A DNA stretch of 64,000 bases from Oscillospiraceae bacterium (GCA_015069135.1 SVJE01000001.1:291316-355315); one strand, 5' to 3'; positions 41,503 to 52,183 are shown, counted from the first letter of the stretch. Notes: generated by a model from the letters alone, not told the origin. Program-made: numbers and translations.

Positions 41503-43841
41503 CACTTTTCTAAATTTGCAAAACTAAGCATAAAACGCTTAACTCCGGCATCATCAAAAGAGACCTCAATCTTAGTGTTATCGCCTGAACCTTCCAACTT
41601 AACAACCGTACCTGTACCATACTTCTTATGAGTAACCATATCTCCCGGTTTAAAATCAAAAGAAACAGTTTTATTAGCAGGCTTTGAAGGTGTCGCTGAT
41701 GGCTTGAATATTCCGTAAGAAGAAAGAGACGGACCTTTTGAATTACTACTGAAACTTACTGAAGTTTGTGTTGTTTTTGAAACTACCGGACCCGGTTTAC
41801 CAAAGCCTGTTGTTCTTGAACTTCCGGTATAACTATATGTATCAAATGACGTCGTCTTTTTCTTCGTTGTTCCTTCTATCAGTTCATCGGGAATTTCTTT
41901 TAAAAATCTGGAAGGTATACCATAAGAAGTTCTTCCATAAAGCATACGGTTACTTGCAGACGTTATGTACAACTGCTGTTTTGCTCTTGTTATTGCCACA
42001 TAACAAAGTCTTCTCTCTTCTTCAACACCGTACTTTTCTTCAAAAGAACGTGCAGAAGGAAATATTCCTTCTTCCATACCAACCATAAAAACCACAGGAA
42101 ATTCAAGACCTTTAGCATTATGAACCGTCATCATTGTAACTTTATCTTCAGTATCGTCTGAATTATCCATATCACTGCTCAAAGTTACATTCTGTAAGAA
42201 GGCAGAAAAACTTATATCACCATCTTCAAGCTCTAACTGATCATTTTCAAATTCCTGGGCAACTGTATAGAACTCTTTAATGTTTTCAATTCTTGATTCT
42301 GCTTCTTCTGTATTTTCAGCTTTAAGTTCGTCTATAATACCAAGATCTTCAATCATGTATTCAACAAATTGAGCCACAGACATTTTATCGGTTTTTTCTG
42401 ATAACTGATAAATCTTAGCCGCAAATGTAACCAGCTTTCCTGCGGCTCTCGATAATTCACCGGGATACATATTCGCTCTTGCACAAATCTCGAACATAGA
42501 ACACTGATTTGACAACGCCAATTCTTCTACATAACCAAGAGTAGTCTTACCAATACCCCTTGCCGGAACATTTATGATTCGTCTTAAGGCAAGGTCATCA
42601 TCAGGATTAGCAATAAGTCTTAAATAAGCAACAATATCCTTAATTTCTTTTCTGTCGAAGAATCTTAATCCACCAAACACACGATAAGGAATACTTCTTC
42701 TGCTGAAAGCACTTTCAAGGCTCTGGGATAAAGCATTGATTCTGTAAAGAATAGTAAAATCAGAATACTTTCTTTCACCTGATTTAACAGAAGAAGTAAT
42801 TATATTTGATATATATAATGCTTCTTCATTCTGATCTGTACCTTCATATCTGATAATCTTATTACCTTTTTCACCTGATGTCCATAATTTCTTTGATTTT
42901 CTTGATGGGTTATTTTTTATAACATTATTAGCAGCATCAAGAATTGTTGATGTTGATCTGTAATTTTCTTCAAGACGCACAACCTTACAGTTTTTATAAT
43001 TCTTCTCAAAATTAAGAATATTAGTAATATCAGCACCTCTGAAACTGTAAATACTTTGGTCATCGTCACCAACAACACAAAGATTCCCATATTTAGAAGC
43101 CAATAAATTTACAAATTCAAACTGAGCTTTATTAGTATCCTGATATTCATCTACCATTATATATCTGAATCGGTTCTGGTACATTTCAAGAACATCAGGA
43201 TATCTTTTAAAAATCTCAAGTGTTTTTAAAATCATATCATCAAAATCCATTGCATTATTCTGCTCTAGAGTCTGCTGATACATTTCATAAATATCTGCAA
43301 TTATTTTACCGTTTCTGTCTCCGTAAGGTATGCTTGCTCTGTAGTCTGACGGCCAAAGCATCTCATCCTTAGCCTTTGAAATTACACTTTTGATTAAATT
43401 TACAGGATAACGCTTCTCATCAAGATTAAGTCGTTTAAGACAGTCCTTAATAACCGTCTTACTCTCAGATTCATCATAGATTATAAAATTCTTAGTATAA
43501 CCAAGAAGTGGCCCGTGAGAACGCAAAATCTTACCACAACAAGCATGGAAAGTGTTAATCCACATTCCGTTTGTTCTTTCTTCAATAAGTCCTTGTGTTC
43601 TTTCTAACATTTCTCTGGCTGCTTTGTTGGTAAAAGTAATCGCCAAAATATTATAAGGGTCTATGCCACATTCTTTGATTAAATAACAAATTCTATATGT
43701 AATTACTCTTGTTTTACCACTACCTGCACCGGCAAGAATAAGTACTGGTCCATCCTTCTGAGTAACAGCCTCATATTGGGGACCATTCAACAATGATTTA
43801 TAATCCATCTTATTTACCCTTTCTCTGTTTAAATATCTCAT
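41499..43841 (-). CDS. pcrA: ATP-dependent DNA helicase PcrA/UvrD.
   Basis: Walker A GAGSGKT. Helicase motifs (DEYQDTN, VGDDDQSIYSFRGA, TVHNAKGLEF). C-terminal extension carrying a UvrD_C_2-like GDMVTHKKYGTGTVV domain. Confidence 0.85.
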   Translation of the reverse strand: MRYLNRERVNKMDYKSLLNGPQYEAVTQKDGPVLILAGAGSGKTRVITYRICYLIKECGIDPYNILAITFTNKAAREMLERTQGLIEERTNGMWINTFHACCGKILRSHGPLLGYTKNFIIYDESESKTVIKDCLKRLNLDEKRYPVNLIKSVISKAKDEMLWPSDYRASIPYGDRNGKIIADIYEMYQQTLEQNNAMDFDDMILKTLEIFKRYPDVLEMYQNRFRYIMVDEYQDTNKAQFEFVNLLASKYGNLCVVGDDDQSIYSFRGADITNILNFEKNYKNCKVVRLEENYRSTSTILDAANNVIKNNPSRKSKKLWTSGEKGNKIIRYEGTDQNEEALYISNIITSSVKSGERKYSDFTILYRINALSQSLESAFSRRSIPYRVFGGLRFFDRKEIKDIVAYLRLIANPDDDLALRRIINVPARGIGKTTLGYVEELALSNQCSMFEICARANMYPGELSRAAGKLVTFAAKIYQLSEKTDKMSVAQFVEYMIEDLGIIDELKAENTEEAESRIENIKEFYTVAQEFENDQLELEDGDISFSAFLQNVTLSSDMDNSDDTEDKVTMMTVHNAKGLEFPVVFMVGMEEGIFPSARSFEEKYGVEEERRLCYVAITRAKQQLYITSASNRMLYGRTSYGIPSRFLKEIPDELIEGTTKKKTTSFDTYSYTGSSRTTGFGKPGPVVSKTTQTSVSFSSNSKGPSLSSYGIFKPSATPSKPANKTVSFDFKPGDMVTHKKYGTGTVVKLEGSGDNTKIEVSFDDAGVKRFMLSFANLEKC

Positions 43842-44565
43842 ACATGACTACACCGGCAGCAACTGACGCATTAAGAGACGATACTTTACCTTCCATGGGA
43901 ATAGTCAACACAAAGTCACACTGCTCCTTTGTAAGTCTTCCCATGCCGAAACCTTCACTTCCGATAACAAGGGCGACAGGACCTTTCATATCGGTTCCGT
44001 AAAATGGAGTTTCTCCTGATAAATCAGTACCGTAAACCCATAATCCTTCTTCTTTTAATTCTTTAAGGGTAGCAGGAATATTTGTTACTCTTGCAACAGG
44101 CACATGCTCAACTGCACCGGCAGAGGCTTTAGAAACAACACCTGTAAGCTGCACACTTCTTCTTTTAGGAATAATCACACCATGAGCACCAACAGCATCA
44201 CAGGTACGGATAATGGCTCCTAAGTTATGAGGATCCTGAATCTCATCAAGAACAATTATAAAAGGTGGTTGATTCTTATCTTTTGCAACCTGTAAAATGT
44301 CATCAACTGTTGAATATTCCTTTGGTGAAACATAAGCAAGTACCCCTTGATGATTCTGTGAACCTGTGATTTCATCCATTTTACCTCTGGAAACCTGTGT
44401 CATTATAACTTTACACTCTTTAGCCAAAGCTGTAATCTGAGACATAGATCCCTTCATTTCACCGCAAAATAGAATCTTATTAATAGGTCTACCTGATTTT
44501 AATGCTTCAAGTACACCATTTCTTCCGTATATGATTTCATTATTTTCATTTTTAAATTCATACAT
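43810..44565 (-). CDS. rlmB: 23S rRNA (Gm2251) 2'-O-methyltransferase, SpoU/TrmH family.
   Basis: N-terminal L30e-like YGRNGVLEAL and SPOUT C-domain (LDEIQDPHNLGAIIRT, GSEGFG). Confidence 0.8.
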   Translation of the reverse strand: MYEFKNENNEIIYGRNGVLEALKSGRPINKILFCGEMKGSMSQITALAKECKVIMTQVSRGKMDEITGSQNHQGVLAYVSPKEYSTVDDILQVAKDKNQPPFIIVLDEIQDPHNLGAIIRTCDAVGAHGVIIPKRRSVQLTGVVSKASAGAVEHVPVARVTNIPATLKELKEEGLWVYGTDLSGETPFYGTDMKGPVALVIGSEGFGMGRLTKEQCDFVLTIPMEGKVSSLNASVAAGVVMYEIFKQRKGK

Positions 44566-44569
44566 CTGG

Positions 44570-44992
44570 TTAAATCTCCCCGTTAATTATTCCAATCACT
44601 CTTCCAATCAGGTATTCAAGCCTCTCCTGTTTTTTCATAAGATACAGGTATCCACACAAACTTTCAAATCCTGTTGCATAACGATAATCACCTACATCTG
44701 CATTTTTAGGAACTGTATGAGGATTTGCGTTTCTGCCCCTTCTTACAACATTTGCTTCTTCCGGTTCAAGTTCATTTAAAAGGATTTTAACAGCTTTACT
44801 CTGTGAAGCTGCCTTAACATATTTAATAGCTTCAACATGCATACTGTTAATAGTCCTGAAACCTTTTTTCATAACATAATTTCTTATATAAATTTCATAA
44901 ACCGCATCACCTATAAAAGCCAATGCCAAAGGTTGCATACTTAAGACTTCCCCAGGCGTAAAATTCATATTATCTATTGTAAAATTATCCAT
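44570..44992 (-). CDS. mrnC: Mini-ribonuclease III (YazC/MrnC).
   Basis: LAFIGDAVYEIYIR RNase III signature in a 140-aa protein. Confidence 0.8.
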   Translation of the reverse strand: MDNFTIDNMNFTPGEVLSMQPLALAFIGDAVYEIYIRNYVMKKGFRTINSMHVEAIKYVKAASQSKAVKILLNELEPEEANVVRRGRNANPHTVPKNADVGDYRYATGFESLCGYLYLMKKQERLEYLIGRVIGIINGEI

Positions 44993-47420
44993 TCTTTTTG
45001 TTGCTCCGTTTCTGCATCATAAATATAATAAGAATAATAAACAAAACAGATATTGTCACAGCAGAAATAATCTTAAGAATTCCAATAAAGAAAACAGTAT
45101 CAAAAGCAGTGGTACTACCCGGATTTATTTTATCAGAATTAAAAATATCCATTTCAGGATCATCCCAGGTTTGATTTGTATTATCTTTTCCGGCTTTATT
45201 TATTACATATCTTTGTGTCAGAACAATGTTTGCATCAGAAATAGCTTTAGACAAAGAATTTCTATCAAAGAAAGTTGCGTTAAGTTCCTCACCATTATTA
45301 AGCTGCCAATGTGAAAGTTGAACACCACTTTCTACAATTGACTCAAGATACTTTATCTGACCTTCAATTACATTTGAATTATTAAAATCAATAATCCCAT
45401 TGGTTGCACCATTGTAAAGAATTTTACCCAAGGATTTTGCTTCTTTTTTGAGATATTGAAATGTCAATGGAACTTTAACATTATTCTCATCTGTGTAAAA
45501 TGATTCGGCATTAGTAGCAACTCCAACATTAAATCCATGAACGCTAATAACATCAAAACATTCAGACAAAAGACTTAAAGCATATTGTCGCTCTGTTCCG
45601 TTGTCATAATTCCAGTCTTCGTTTTCTCCATTCATAGTAGCTGAAAGAAGATGCCACTGAGCAGTTCTTAAAAGACCGTCACCACTGCTTATAAGATGAG
45701 AATCATCTATTTCCTTTACTCTTTCTGTACAATCTTTATAAAATTCACTTAATTGTAACAGTGAATACGCAACATCACCATTTGTAGAACCGCAGTCTGC
45801 AGATAAGTTTGCCCCATTACAAAGTTCCCACATCAAAATAGTCTTGTTATTTTTATATCTTCCAATGAAACCATCAAGAAAATCATACATATAAATTCTT
45901 GACTGAGAATTTGGATCAGAAATAAGATCAACAACAGTTTCATTTACTGTTGCCCAACCATATCCTTCAATATAGTCAGAGGCAATATACATGGAACTGT
46001 TAAGACCAAGACAAGGGATAATTCTTATATTATGTTTTTCACATAAACTAAAAACGATATCTGATGCATTAAAGAATATTTCACGATCTGTAGAAGATTT
46101 TAAAACACTATAATTATTATCATTCCAGAAATAACTTCTTATTGAATTAAAACCTAATGCTTCCATATCAGATAAAACTTCATCGGCATTTTTATATTCC
46201 GGTGAATTGTAAATACCCTCAGGATTTCTTTTGTATGAAGCCCAGATTTCTCTGAATAAACTTTCATAAAGAAAACTTATTTCGTAATATGGTTTTCCGT
46301 TCATATAGAACTTGCCACCAATATTTTTAAGAATATTATCAGTTTTAGAAGTACCTGTTGTTACCACAACCAGATTTGCCTCTTCATCCCACCATACATC
46401 CGCATTAAGAGCTTCGTTTATTAAATTAAGCGGAATATACATAATTCCATTTTTAATTACAGGAGTTTGATTTAAAACTATATTTTTTCCATTTAAAGTA
46501 GAAATATTACTTTCTGCAGAAAAAACCAGGTTTAATTTTTCATTAATAACAGTAACTGAATTACTATTTTCAGAATACTTCATTCCTACACTATCAAACA
46601 ACCGTTCAGCCGGAACATATACAGTGTTTCCCTCTGAAAACAATTCATCAGCGAAATATATCTTAGTATCATTTATAAACAATGAAATTTTATTTTCATC
46701 TTTATAATCTATTTTGGGTGTATCTAATTTACCAGGTTTCTGCGAAGAATATTTTTGAGGGTACATTTTCGATGATGTAAAAATATTAAAATCATCAATT
46801 GTTACATATGAATTTGATCCAGACTGATTCATTAAAACACGAACAGCTTCAACTGAAAAAATTTTATTTGTAAGTAACGGATCAGAATCAAGCCTTGCAT
46901 CATTTACATAAACACTGTAAGTATCCTTGCCTCGTTGCAATTCTGCTTTGATTTTATAAACAGTATTATAAGAAAATGTATGTATTGTCTTACCTGTACT
47001 ATCAACTAATGATAAGACATTATTCTGATGAATAATAGAAAAAACATGTTGTGAATTATTAGAAGTGCCATTTGTACTCAGATATAAATCAAATTTTCCG
47101 GCAAAATCAGGTGAACAATTAAATTTAAATTCAACAGACATATTAAATGCATTCATAGATAGATTATTCCATGAAAAATCACACTTGAACACATCCAGGG
47201 ACTGACTACCGCTTATAGGGTCAACAGACGAAAACTTATAATTTGAATCATCGGAAACAAAGTCTGAAAATTTTGTTTCTTTTTCAAAATCAACAAACAC
47301 TTTTTCCCGTACAACATTATCGGCAGCAAAAACAGAAACAATTCCTGTTAAATTTGCTGCCATAATAACGAAAACAATTATTAAACTTAAGACTCTTTTT
47401 AATTTATTATTCATTTTCAA
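44985..47420 (-). CDS. Type-I membrane-anchored surface protein with a copper-amine-oxidase-N-like domain and a putative TIM-barrel glycoside-hydrolase domain (GH5-like).
   Basis: Signal peptide. Middle stretch NDTKIYFADELFSEGNTVYVPAERLFDSVG...GKNIVLNQTPVIKNGIMYIPLNLI fits the CuAO-N stalk domain. GFNSIRSYFWND is GH5-like. C-terminal TM segment plus basic tail. Confidence 0.45.
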   Translation of the reverse strand: MKMNNKLKRVLSLIIVFVIMAANLTGIVSVFAADNVVREKVFVDFEKETKFSDFVSDDSNYKFSSVDPISGSQSLDVFKCDFSWNNLSMNAFNMSVEFKFNCSPDFAGKFDLYLSTNGTSNNSQHVFSIIHQNNVLSLVDSTGKTIHTFSYNTVYKIKAELQRGKDTYSVYVNDARLDSDPLLTNKIFSVEAVRVLMNQSGSNSYVTIDDFNIFTSSKMYPQKYSSQKPGKLDTPKIDYKDENKISLFINDTKIYFADELFSEGNTVYVPAERLFDSVGMKYSENSNSVTVINEKLNLVFSAESNISTLNGKNIVLNQTPVIKNGIMYIPLNLINEALNADVWWDEEANLVVVTTGTSKTDNILKNIGGKFYMNGKPYYEISFLYESLFREIWASYKRNPEGIYNSPEYKNADEVLSDMEALGFNSIRSYFWNDNNYSVLKSSTDREIFFNASDIVFSLCEKHNIRIIPCLGLNSSMYIASDYIEGYGWATVNETVVDLISDPNSQSRIYMYDFLDGFIGRYKNNKTILMWELCNGANLSADCGSTNGDVAYSLLQLSEFYKDCTERVKEIDDSHLISSGDGLLRTAQWHLLSATMNGENEDWNYDNGTERQYALSLLSECFDVISVHGFNVGVATNAESFYTDENNVKVPLTFQYLKKEAKSLGKILYNGATNGIIDFNNSNVIEGQIKYLESIVESGVQLSHWQLNNGEELNATFFDRNSLSKAISDANIVLTQRYVINKAGKDNTNQTWDDPEMDIFNSDKINPGSTTAFDTVFFIGILKIISAVTISVLFIILIIFMMQKRSNKKNG

Positions 47421-47676
47421 GGGACTCTAAATAATTCTTAAAAATTTCCTCCAACAAATCATCTCTGTCAAGTTTTGTAATAAGAACCCTGGCATTCTTA
47501 TGGTTTGTAATATAGGTAGGATCACCTGAAACAACATAACCAACCAACTGACTGATAGGATTATATCCTTTTTCTTTCAGGGCGCTGTATACTTCACAGA
47601 TAATTTGTCTGGTCTCATTTCCTTTCTCAGGCATTGGCTTGAAAAAAAGTGTATTTTTATTTTCCATCCGTCTCAC
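47407..47676 (-). CDS. ireB: IreB-family regulatory phosphoprotein (UPF0297/DUF965).
   Basis: 89 aa. KEKGYNPISQLVGYVVSGDPTYITNHKNAR matches the IreB/YrzL consensus. Confidence 0.7.
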   Translation of the reverse strand: MRRMENKNTLFFKPMPEKGNETRQIICEVYSALKEKGYNPISQLVGYVVSGDPTYITNHKNARVLITKLDRDDLLEEIFKNYLESLENE

Positions 47677-47698
47677 CCTCTTATCCTTTCAACATTTG

Positions 47699-49021
47699 TT
47701 ATATCGTACCATAAAGCCTGTCATTTTGCAATTGTAATCTTACATTCTTTATAGAATTAATTATTTCGTCTTCCATCATCAGTTCCATTTCAGAAATATA
47801 CACTTTAATATAGTTCTTTCCATGACCTGTATAGAAAATCTCACCATTTATCTCTTCTTTTTCTTCTATTAGAACCTGTTCAATTGTACCATCAATGGTT
47901 TTCAAATACTCTGTGCGGCATTTTTCCGCTGTTTTAGTCATTTCCTGAGCTCTAAAAGTTTTTACTTCATTTGAAATCTTGCAATCCATGTCAGCAGCCT
48001 TTGTGCCTTTTCTTGGAGAATATGGGAATACATGCATTTTAGAAAAACCAACTTTTTCAGCAAATACCTTACTTTCTTCAAATTCCTGCTGAGTTTCTCC
48101 CGGGAAACCGACCATTATATCAGTGGTAAAAGTACTGTCAGGCATATATTTTTTTAACATATTTATTATATCCATATATTCTCCACTGGTATACCTTCTG
48201 TTCATACGCTTAAGAACCGTATCAGAACCACTTTGTAAAGCCACATGGAATTGTCTACAAAGTTTTTTATTTTCGCTTAATGTTTTAATTTTTTCTTCAG
48301 TCATAAAAACAGGTTCTAATGAACCTAAACGTATTCTTTCTATACCATAAATTTTTTCTATTTTAGCGGCAATAGAAATTAAGTCCTCATCTATATCAAG
48401 ATCCCGACCATATGAAGCAAGATGAATACCTGTAAGTACAACTTCTTTATAGCCTGCTTCAGCCAAATCCTCAATTTCTTCAATGATATCTTCAGGAAGT
48501 CTGCTTCTTATATGCCCTCTCGAATAAGGAATTATACAATATGTACAAAATCTGTCGCATCCGTCCTGAATTTTAACAAAAGCACGCTGATGTTCTGTCA
48601 TTCCTTTTACCGAAAGTCTCTCATATTCTGCATGTTTAACAATATCCTGAGGAATTTCATTTTCAGCAAAACGACCGGACAATACCTGATTGATTAATTC
48701 AGGAAGCTGACTTCTTCCTTGAGTACCAACTACAATATCAACACCTTCTATAGCACGTACTTCTTCTTCAGCTACCTGAGCATAGCAACCCATAACCGCA
48801 ATAACACTTTCAGGATTCTGACGATGTGCCCGTCTTATTACCTGACGATTTTTCCTGTCAGATTCTCCGGTTACACTACAGGTATTAATAAGATATACGT
48901 CAGCCTTATACTCAAAGGGAATCTGTCTGTAACCAGCATTTTCAAGAAGTTCAGCCACAGCCTCTGTTTCATATTGATTTACTTTACAACCTAATGTGTA
49001 TATAGCAAATGTTTTCTGCAT
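47699..49021 (-). CDS. mtaB: tRNA methylthiotransferase of the MiaB/MtaB family (radical SAM plus TRAM).
   Basis: UPF0004 N-domain with TLGCKVNQYE. Radical-SAM CDRFCTYC. C-terminal TRAM-like domain. Start set at ATG 49021 (MQKTF). The ORF track uses a TTG at 49054. Confidence 0.65.
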   Translation of the reverse strand: MQKTFAIYTLGCKVNQYETEAVAELLENAGYRQIPFEYKADVYLINTCSVTGESDRKNRQVIRRAHRQNPESVIAVMGCYAQVAEEEVRAIEGVDIVVGTQGRSQLPELINQVLSGRFAENEIPQDIVKHAEYERLSVKGMTEHQRAFVKIQDGCDRFCTYCIIPYSRGHIRSRLPEDIIEEIEDLAEAGYKEVVLTGIHLASYGRDLDIDEDLISIAAKIEKIYGIERIRLGSLEPVFMTEEKIKTLSENKKLCRQFHVALQSGSDTVLKRMNRRYTSGEYMDIINMLKKYMPDSTFTTDIMVGFPGETQQEFEESKVFAEKVGFSKMHVFPYSPRKGTKAADMDCKISNEVKTFRAQEMTKTAEKCRTEYLKTIDGTIEQVLIEEKEEINGEIFYTGHGKNYIKVYISEMELMMEDEIINSIKNVRLQLQNDRLYGTI

Positions 49022-49096
49022 TTTAAGGTATTGTCCTTTCTGTTTCTGTGTCAAAAAAAATAAGCCCCGGATAAAACGGAGCTGTAAGATACCGAT

Positions 49097-49336
49097 TTAA
49101 GCTTTGAATCTCTCAACAGCTTTAAGGAATTCATCAGCTTCACCTTTTTCTTTATTGTGGATTTCCATTGTAATAGGACTTGTTAAATCCAAAGAAAAAA
49201 TACCCATAATTGATTTTGCATCCACAACATAGCGACCTGATGAGAGGTCAACATCAAAAGAAACCTTACTTACTTCACTGACGAATACCTTTACATCGTC
49301 AATTGACTTGAGAACAATTTTCATAGTCATTTTCAT
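49097..49336 (-). CDS. HPr-family (PTS phosphocarrier-like) protein that lacks the catalytic His15 but keeps the Ser46 region.
   Basis: 79 aa. AKSIMGIFSLDL matches the HPr Ser46 motif KSIMGVMSL. The His15 position reads SIDDVKV instead of GIHARPA. Confidence 0.55.
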   Translation of the reverse strand: MKMTMKIVLKSIDDVKVFVSEVSKVSFDVDLSSGRYVVDAKSIMGIFSLDLTSPITMEIHNKEKGEADEFLKAVERFKA

Positions 49337-49398
49337 TTCCTCCTTTTTTCTAATTCACAAGCTATATACTAGCCCTTAGATAATAAAATGTCAATGAG

Positions 49399-50355
49399 CT
49401 ATTTATAAAATTCACGAAAAATTGAAATCTTCGGTATATCTGCATGATTTACATCCATATATTCCATAAGAACTCCTAACGGAAAACCTTTTTTTAATTC
49501 TATAAGATCTCCTTTATCCAATTCCTCAACCATTTTTATAAATCTGGTTTTAAGAAGACAAATTTCATATTCCAATGAAGAATTAAAGAAAAAATCTGCA
49601 TATTGCTTCATTGGTTTTATATATTTTTCTTCCCCATCCCTTACAGAAGCCCACATTGACATAGTTTTTGAAAGATCTGAACCTCTGTCTACTCTGTCAC
49701 GGACACTTCTTCGCATAAACCTTATATTTTCCGGTCTCAAAACTTCGTTTAAACCTTCGGCTCCATAAAAATCAAATGGACAGATATATACTTTGAATGT
49801 TTTTGAAAAATTAACACCATCAGTTAGTACAGGATTTAATGCATGAATACCTTCAACTATAATTACATCTCTGTCTGTTGGTGAAATTTTAGTTCCGGGA
49901 ACTCTCTTCTTTTGTAAAAAGTCATATTTAGGAAGTGTAATCTCTTCACCGGACAAAAACTTATTCATAAGTATTTTAAAATATTCAATATCAAAAGCTT
50001 CCGGACATTCAAGATCCAATTTCTCTGCAGATGTGCCTTCAGGCTTATTCTGTAACCTACAGACAGTATTCAGATCATGATAAAAATCATCAAAAGAAAT
50101 TATTATTACATTAAAGCCTTCGTCTTTTAGATAAGCAGATAACAGTTTAGATGTTGTTGTTTTTCCCGAGGAGGATGGTCCTGTAACCAGCACTGCATCT
50201 GTAATATTTTTGTTCAGACTATATTTATGGGATTCAACTATCAATCTTACCAGATTTTCGAATTGCATTGTATGCCTTGATTCTGATGCTGTAATAAGGT
50301 CATCATATCTGTTATTGACAACTATTTTGTTTATTCTGTCCGCCCAATATTTCAT
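49399..50355 (-). CDS. Uridine kinase / phosphoribulokinase-family P-loop nucleoside kinase.
   Basis: Walker A GPSSSGKTTTSK followed by ISFDDFY (Udk-like). Confidence 0.5.
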   Translation of the reverse strand: MKYWADRINKIVVNNRYDDLITASESRHTMQFENLVRLIVESHKYSLNKNITDAVLVTGPSSSGKTTTSKLLSAYLKDEGFNVIIISFDDFYHDLNTVCRLQNKPEGTSAEKLDLECPEAFDIEYFKILMNKFLSGEEITLPKYDFLQKKRVPGTKISPTDRDVIIVEGIHALNPVLTDGVNFSKTFKVYICPFDFYGAEGLNEVLRPENIRFMRRSVRDRVDRGSDLSKTMSMWASVRDGEEKYIKPMKQYADFFFNSSLEYEICLLKTRFIKMVEELDKGDLIELKKGFPLGVLMEYMDVNHADIPKISIFREFYK

Positions 50356-50464
50356 AGGTGTTTCCTCCTGAAATTTTATGATAAAATTATACCATATTTT
50401 TGATTATTATGATATACTATTCCGGTTAGAATATATTTATTCAAAAGAAAAGGAGCATTTTACC

Positions 50465-52069
50465 ATGAGTGTATGTCCGGAAACTTCCGCACAGATAAAA
50501 AGAAGACGAACTTTTGCCATTATTTCTCATCCTGACGCAGGTAAGACTACTATGACAGAAAAATTATTACTTTACGGAGGAGCAATCAGACTTGCCGGCT
50601 CTGTCAAAGCAAGAAAGACCTCAAAACATGCTGTATCAGACTGGATGGATATTGAAAAGGAACGTGGTATTTCAGTAACCTCTTCTGTATTACAGTTTGA
50701 ATATAACAACTATTGCATTAATATTCTGGACACTCCGGGACATCAGGACTTCTCTGAGGATACTTACCGTACACTTATGGCTGCTGACGCTGCTGTAATG
50801 CTTATTGACGGTGCCAAAGGCGTGGAAGCTCAAACAATTAAATTATTCCATGTTTGTAAAATGCGTGGCATTCCTGTATTTACATTTGTTAATAAAATGG
50901 ACCGAGCTGCTAAAAATCCTTTTGATCTCATGCAGGAAATCGAGGATGTTCTCGGTATGCGTTCTTATCCTATGAACTGGCCTATCGGTATTGATGGTGA
51001 CTTTAAAGGTGTTTACGACAGAGCCAGTAAAAAAATAGAGCTTTTTGACGGTGGTAACCATGGTCAGTCTTTTGTTAACTCTGAAACAGGTAGTGTTGAT
51101 GACCCGATTTTTACTGAAAAACTGGGACAATTTCACCATGATAGATTGAAGGAAGAAATTGAACTTTTAGATATGGCGGGAGAGGAATTTAGCCTCGAAT
51201 CTGTTCTTAAAGGTGAACTTACACCTGTATTTTTCGGTTCTGCCATGACAAACTTTGGTGTTGAGCCTTTCCTTATTGAATTTATTAAAATGGCTCCGGA
51301 ACCACAGGCAAGAATTGCAGGAGAAAAGATTGTTTCACCTGAAGAAGACCAATTCTCCGGCTTTATATTTAAAATTCAGGCTAATATGAACCCGGCTCAC
51401 AGAGACAGACTGGCTTTCTTACGCATTTGTTCAGGTAAATTTGAAAAAGGCATGGAAACCTGGCACACGAGAACAGGAAGAAAAGTTCGTCTTGCTCAGC
51501 CTACTCAGTTTATGGCTCAGGAAAGAACTGTTATTGAGGAAGCATATGCAGGAGATATTATCGGTCTTTTTGACCCCGGATTTTTTAATATTGGTGATAC
51601 TCTTTGTTTAGGATCATCATCAATGAAGTTCGACGGAATCCCTGTATTCCCTTCTGAACATTTTGCAAGAGTTACTTTTGCTGACTCCATGAAGAGAAAG
51701 CAGTTCCAGAAAGGTATTCAGGAACTTGCTGAAGAAGGTGCCATTCAGGTATTTAAGCAGCATGGTATCGGTGTTGAATCTTTAGTTATCGGTGCTGTTG
51801 GTGTCCTCCAGTTTGAAGTTTTGGAACATAGACTTAAGAATGAGTATGGTGTTGGAATTAAAATGCAACAACTTCCCCATCACTATGCAAGATGGATTGG
51901 AAATAAAAACATTGATCCTACAAAACTTACAATCACAAGTTCCACTATGATTGCCACAGACCAGGAAAACGAATTCGTTCTTCTCTTCGAAAATGAATGG
52001 GGAATTGAATGGACAAAAGATAAGAATAAGGATCTGGAGCTACTGGATATTAAAGAAAAGAATAATTAA
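50465..52069 (+). CDS. prfC: Peptide chain release factor 3 (GTPase).
   Basis: RRTFAIISHPDAGKTTMTEKLL, DTPGHQDF and NKMD G-motifs. Start set at ATG 50465 after AAAGGAG. The ORF track begins at 50378. Confidence 0.85.
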   Translation: MSVCPETSAQIKRRRTFAIISHPDAGKTTMTEKLLLYGGAIRLAGSVKARKTSKHAVSDWMDIEKERGISVTSSVLQFEYNNYCINILDTPGHQDFSEDTYRTLMAADAAVMLIDGAKGVEAQTIKLFHVCKMRGIPVFTFVNKMDRAAKNPFDLMQEIEDVLGMRSYPMNWPIGIDGDFKGVYDRASKKIELFDGGNHGQSFVNSETGSVDDPIFTEKLGQFHHDRLKEEIELLDMAGEEFSLESVLKGELTPVFFGSAMTNFGVEPFLIEFIKMAPEPQARIAGEKIVSPEEDQFSGFIFKIQANMNPAHRDRLAFLRICSGKFEKGMETWHTRTGRKVRLAQPTQFMAQERTVIEEAYAGDIIGLFDPGFFNIGDTLCLGSSSMKFDGIPVFPSEHFARVTFADSMKRKQFQKGIQELAEEGAIQVFKQHGIGVESLVIGAVGVLQFEVLEHRLKNEYGVGIKMQQLPHHYARWIGNKNIDPTKLTITSSTMIATDQENEFVLLFENEWGIEWTKDKNKDLELLDIKEKNN

Positions 52070-52074
52070 ATACA

Positions 52075-52121
52075 CCCCATCAAAGCAGATAATATAATAC
52101 TGTTTTGATGGGGCTTTTTTA
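52075..52121 (+). terminator. Rho-independent terminator after prfC.
   Basis: CCCCATCAAAG...TTTGATGGGG stem followed by CTTTTTTAT. Confidence 0.7.
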
Positions 52122-52183
52122 TATTTCATGCTATTTTATACCAACAACGTTGTAATTAAAATAAGTATTTGTGTAGAAAAACA

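Noticed and set aside
41462-41510. Inverted repeat AAAGTGTTG...CAACACTTT as a pcrA terminator
   Set aside because: The 29-nt loop and the lack of a U-tract make it an unconvincing terminator. It coincides with the his promoter, so it may instead be a regulator site. I left it unassigned.
49055-49096. A8 run with a GC-rich segment (possible terminator between the HPr-like gene and mtaB)
   Set aside because: Only a 3-bp stem could be drawn.
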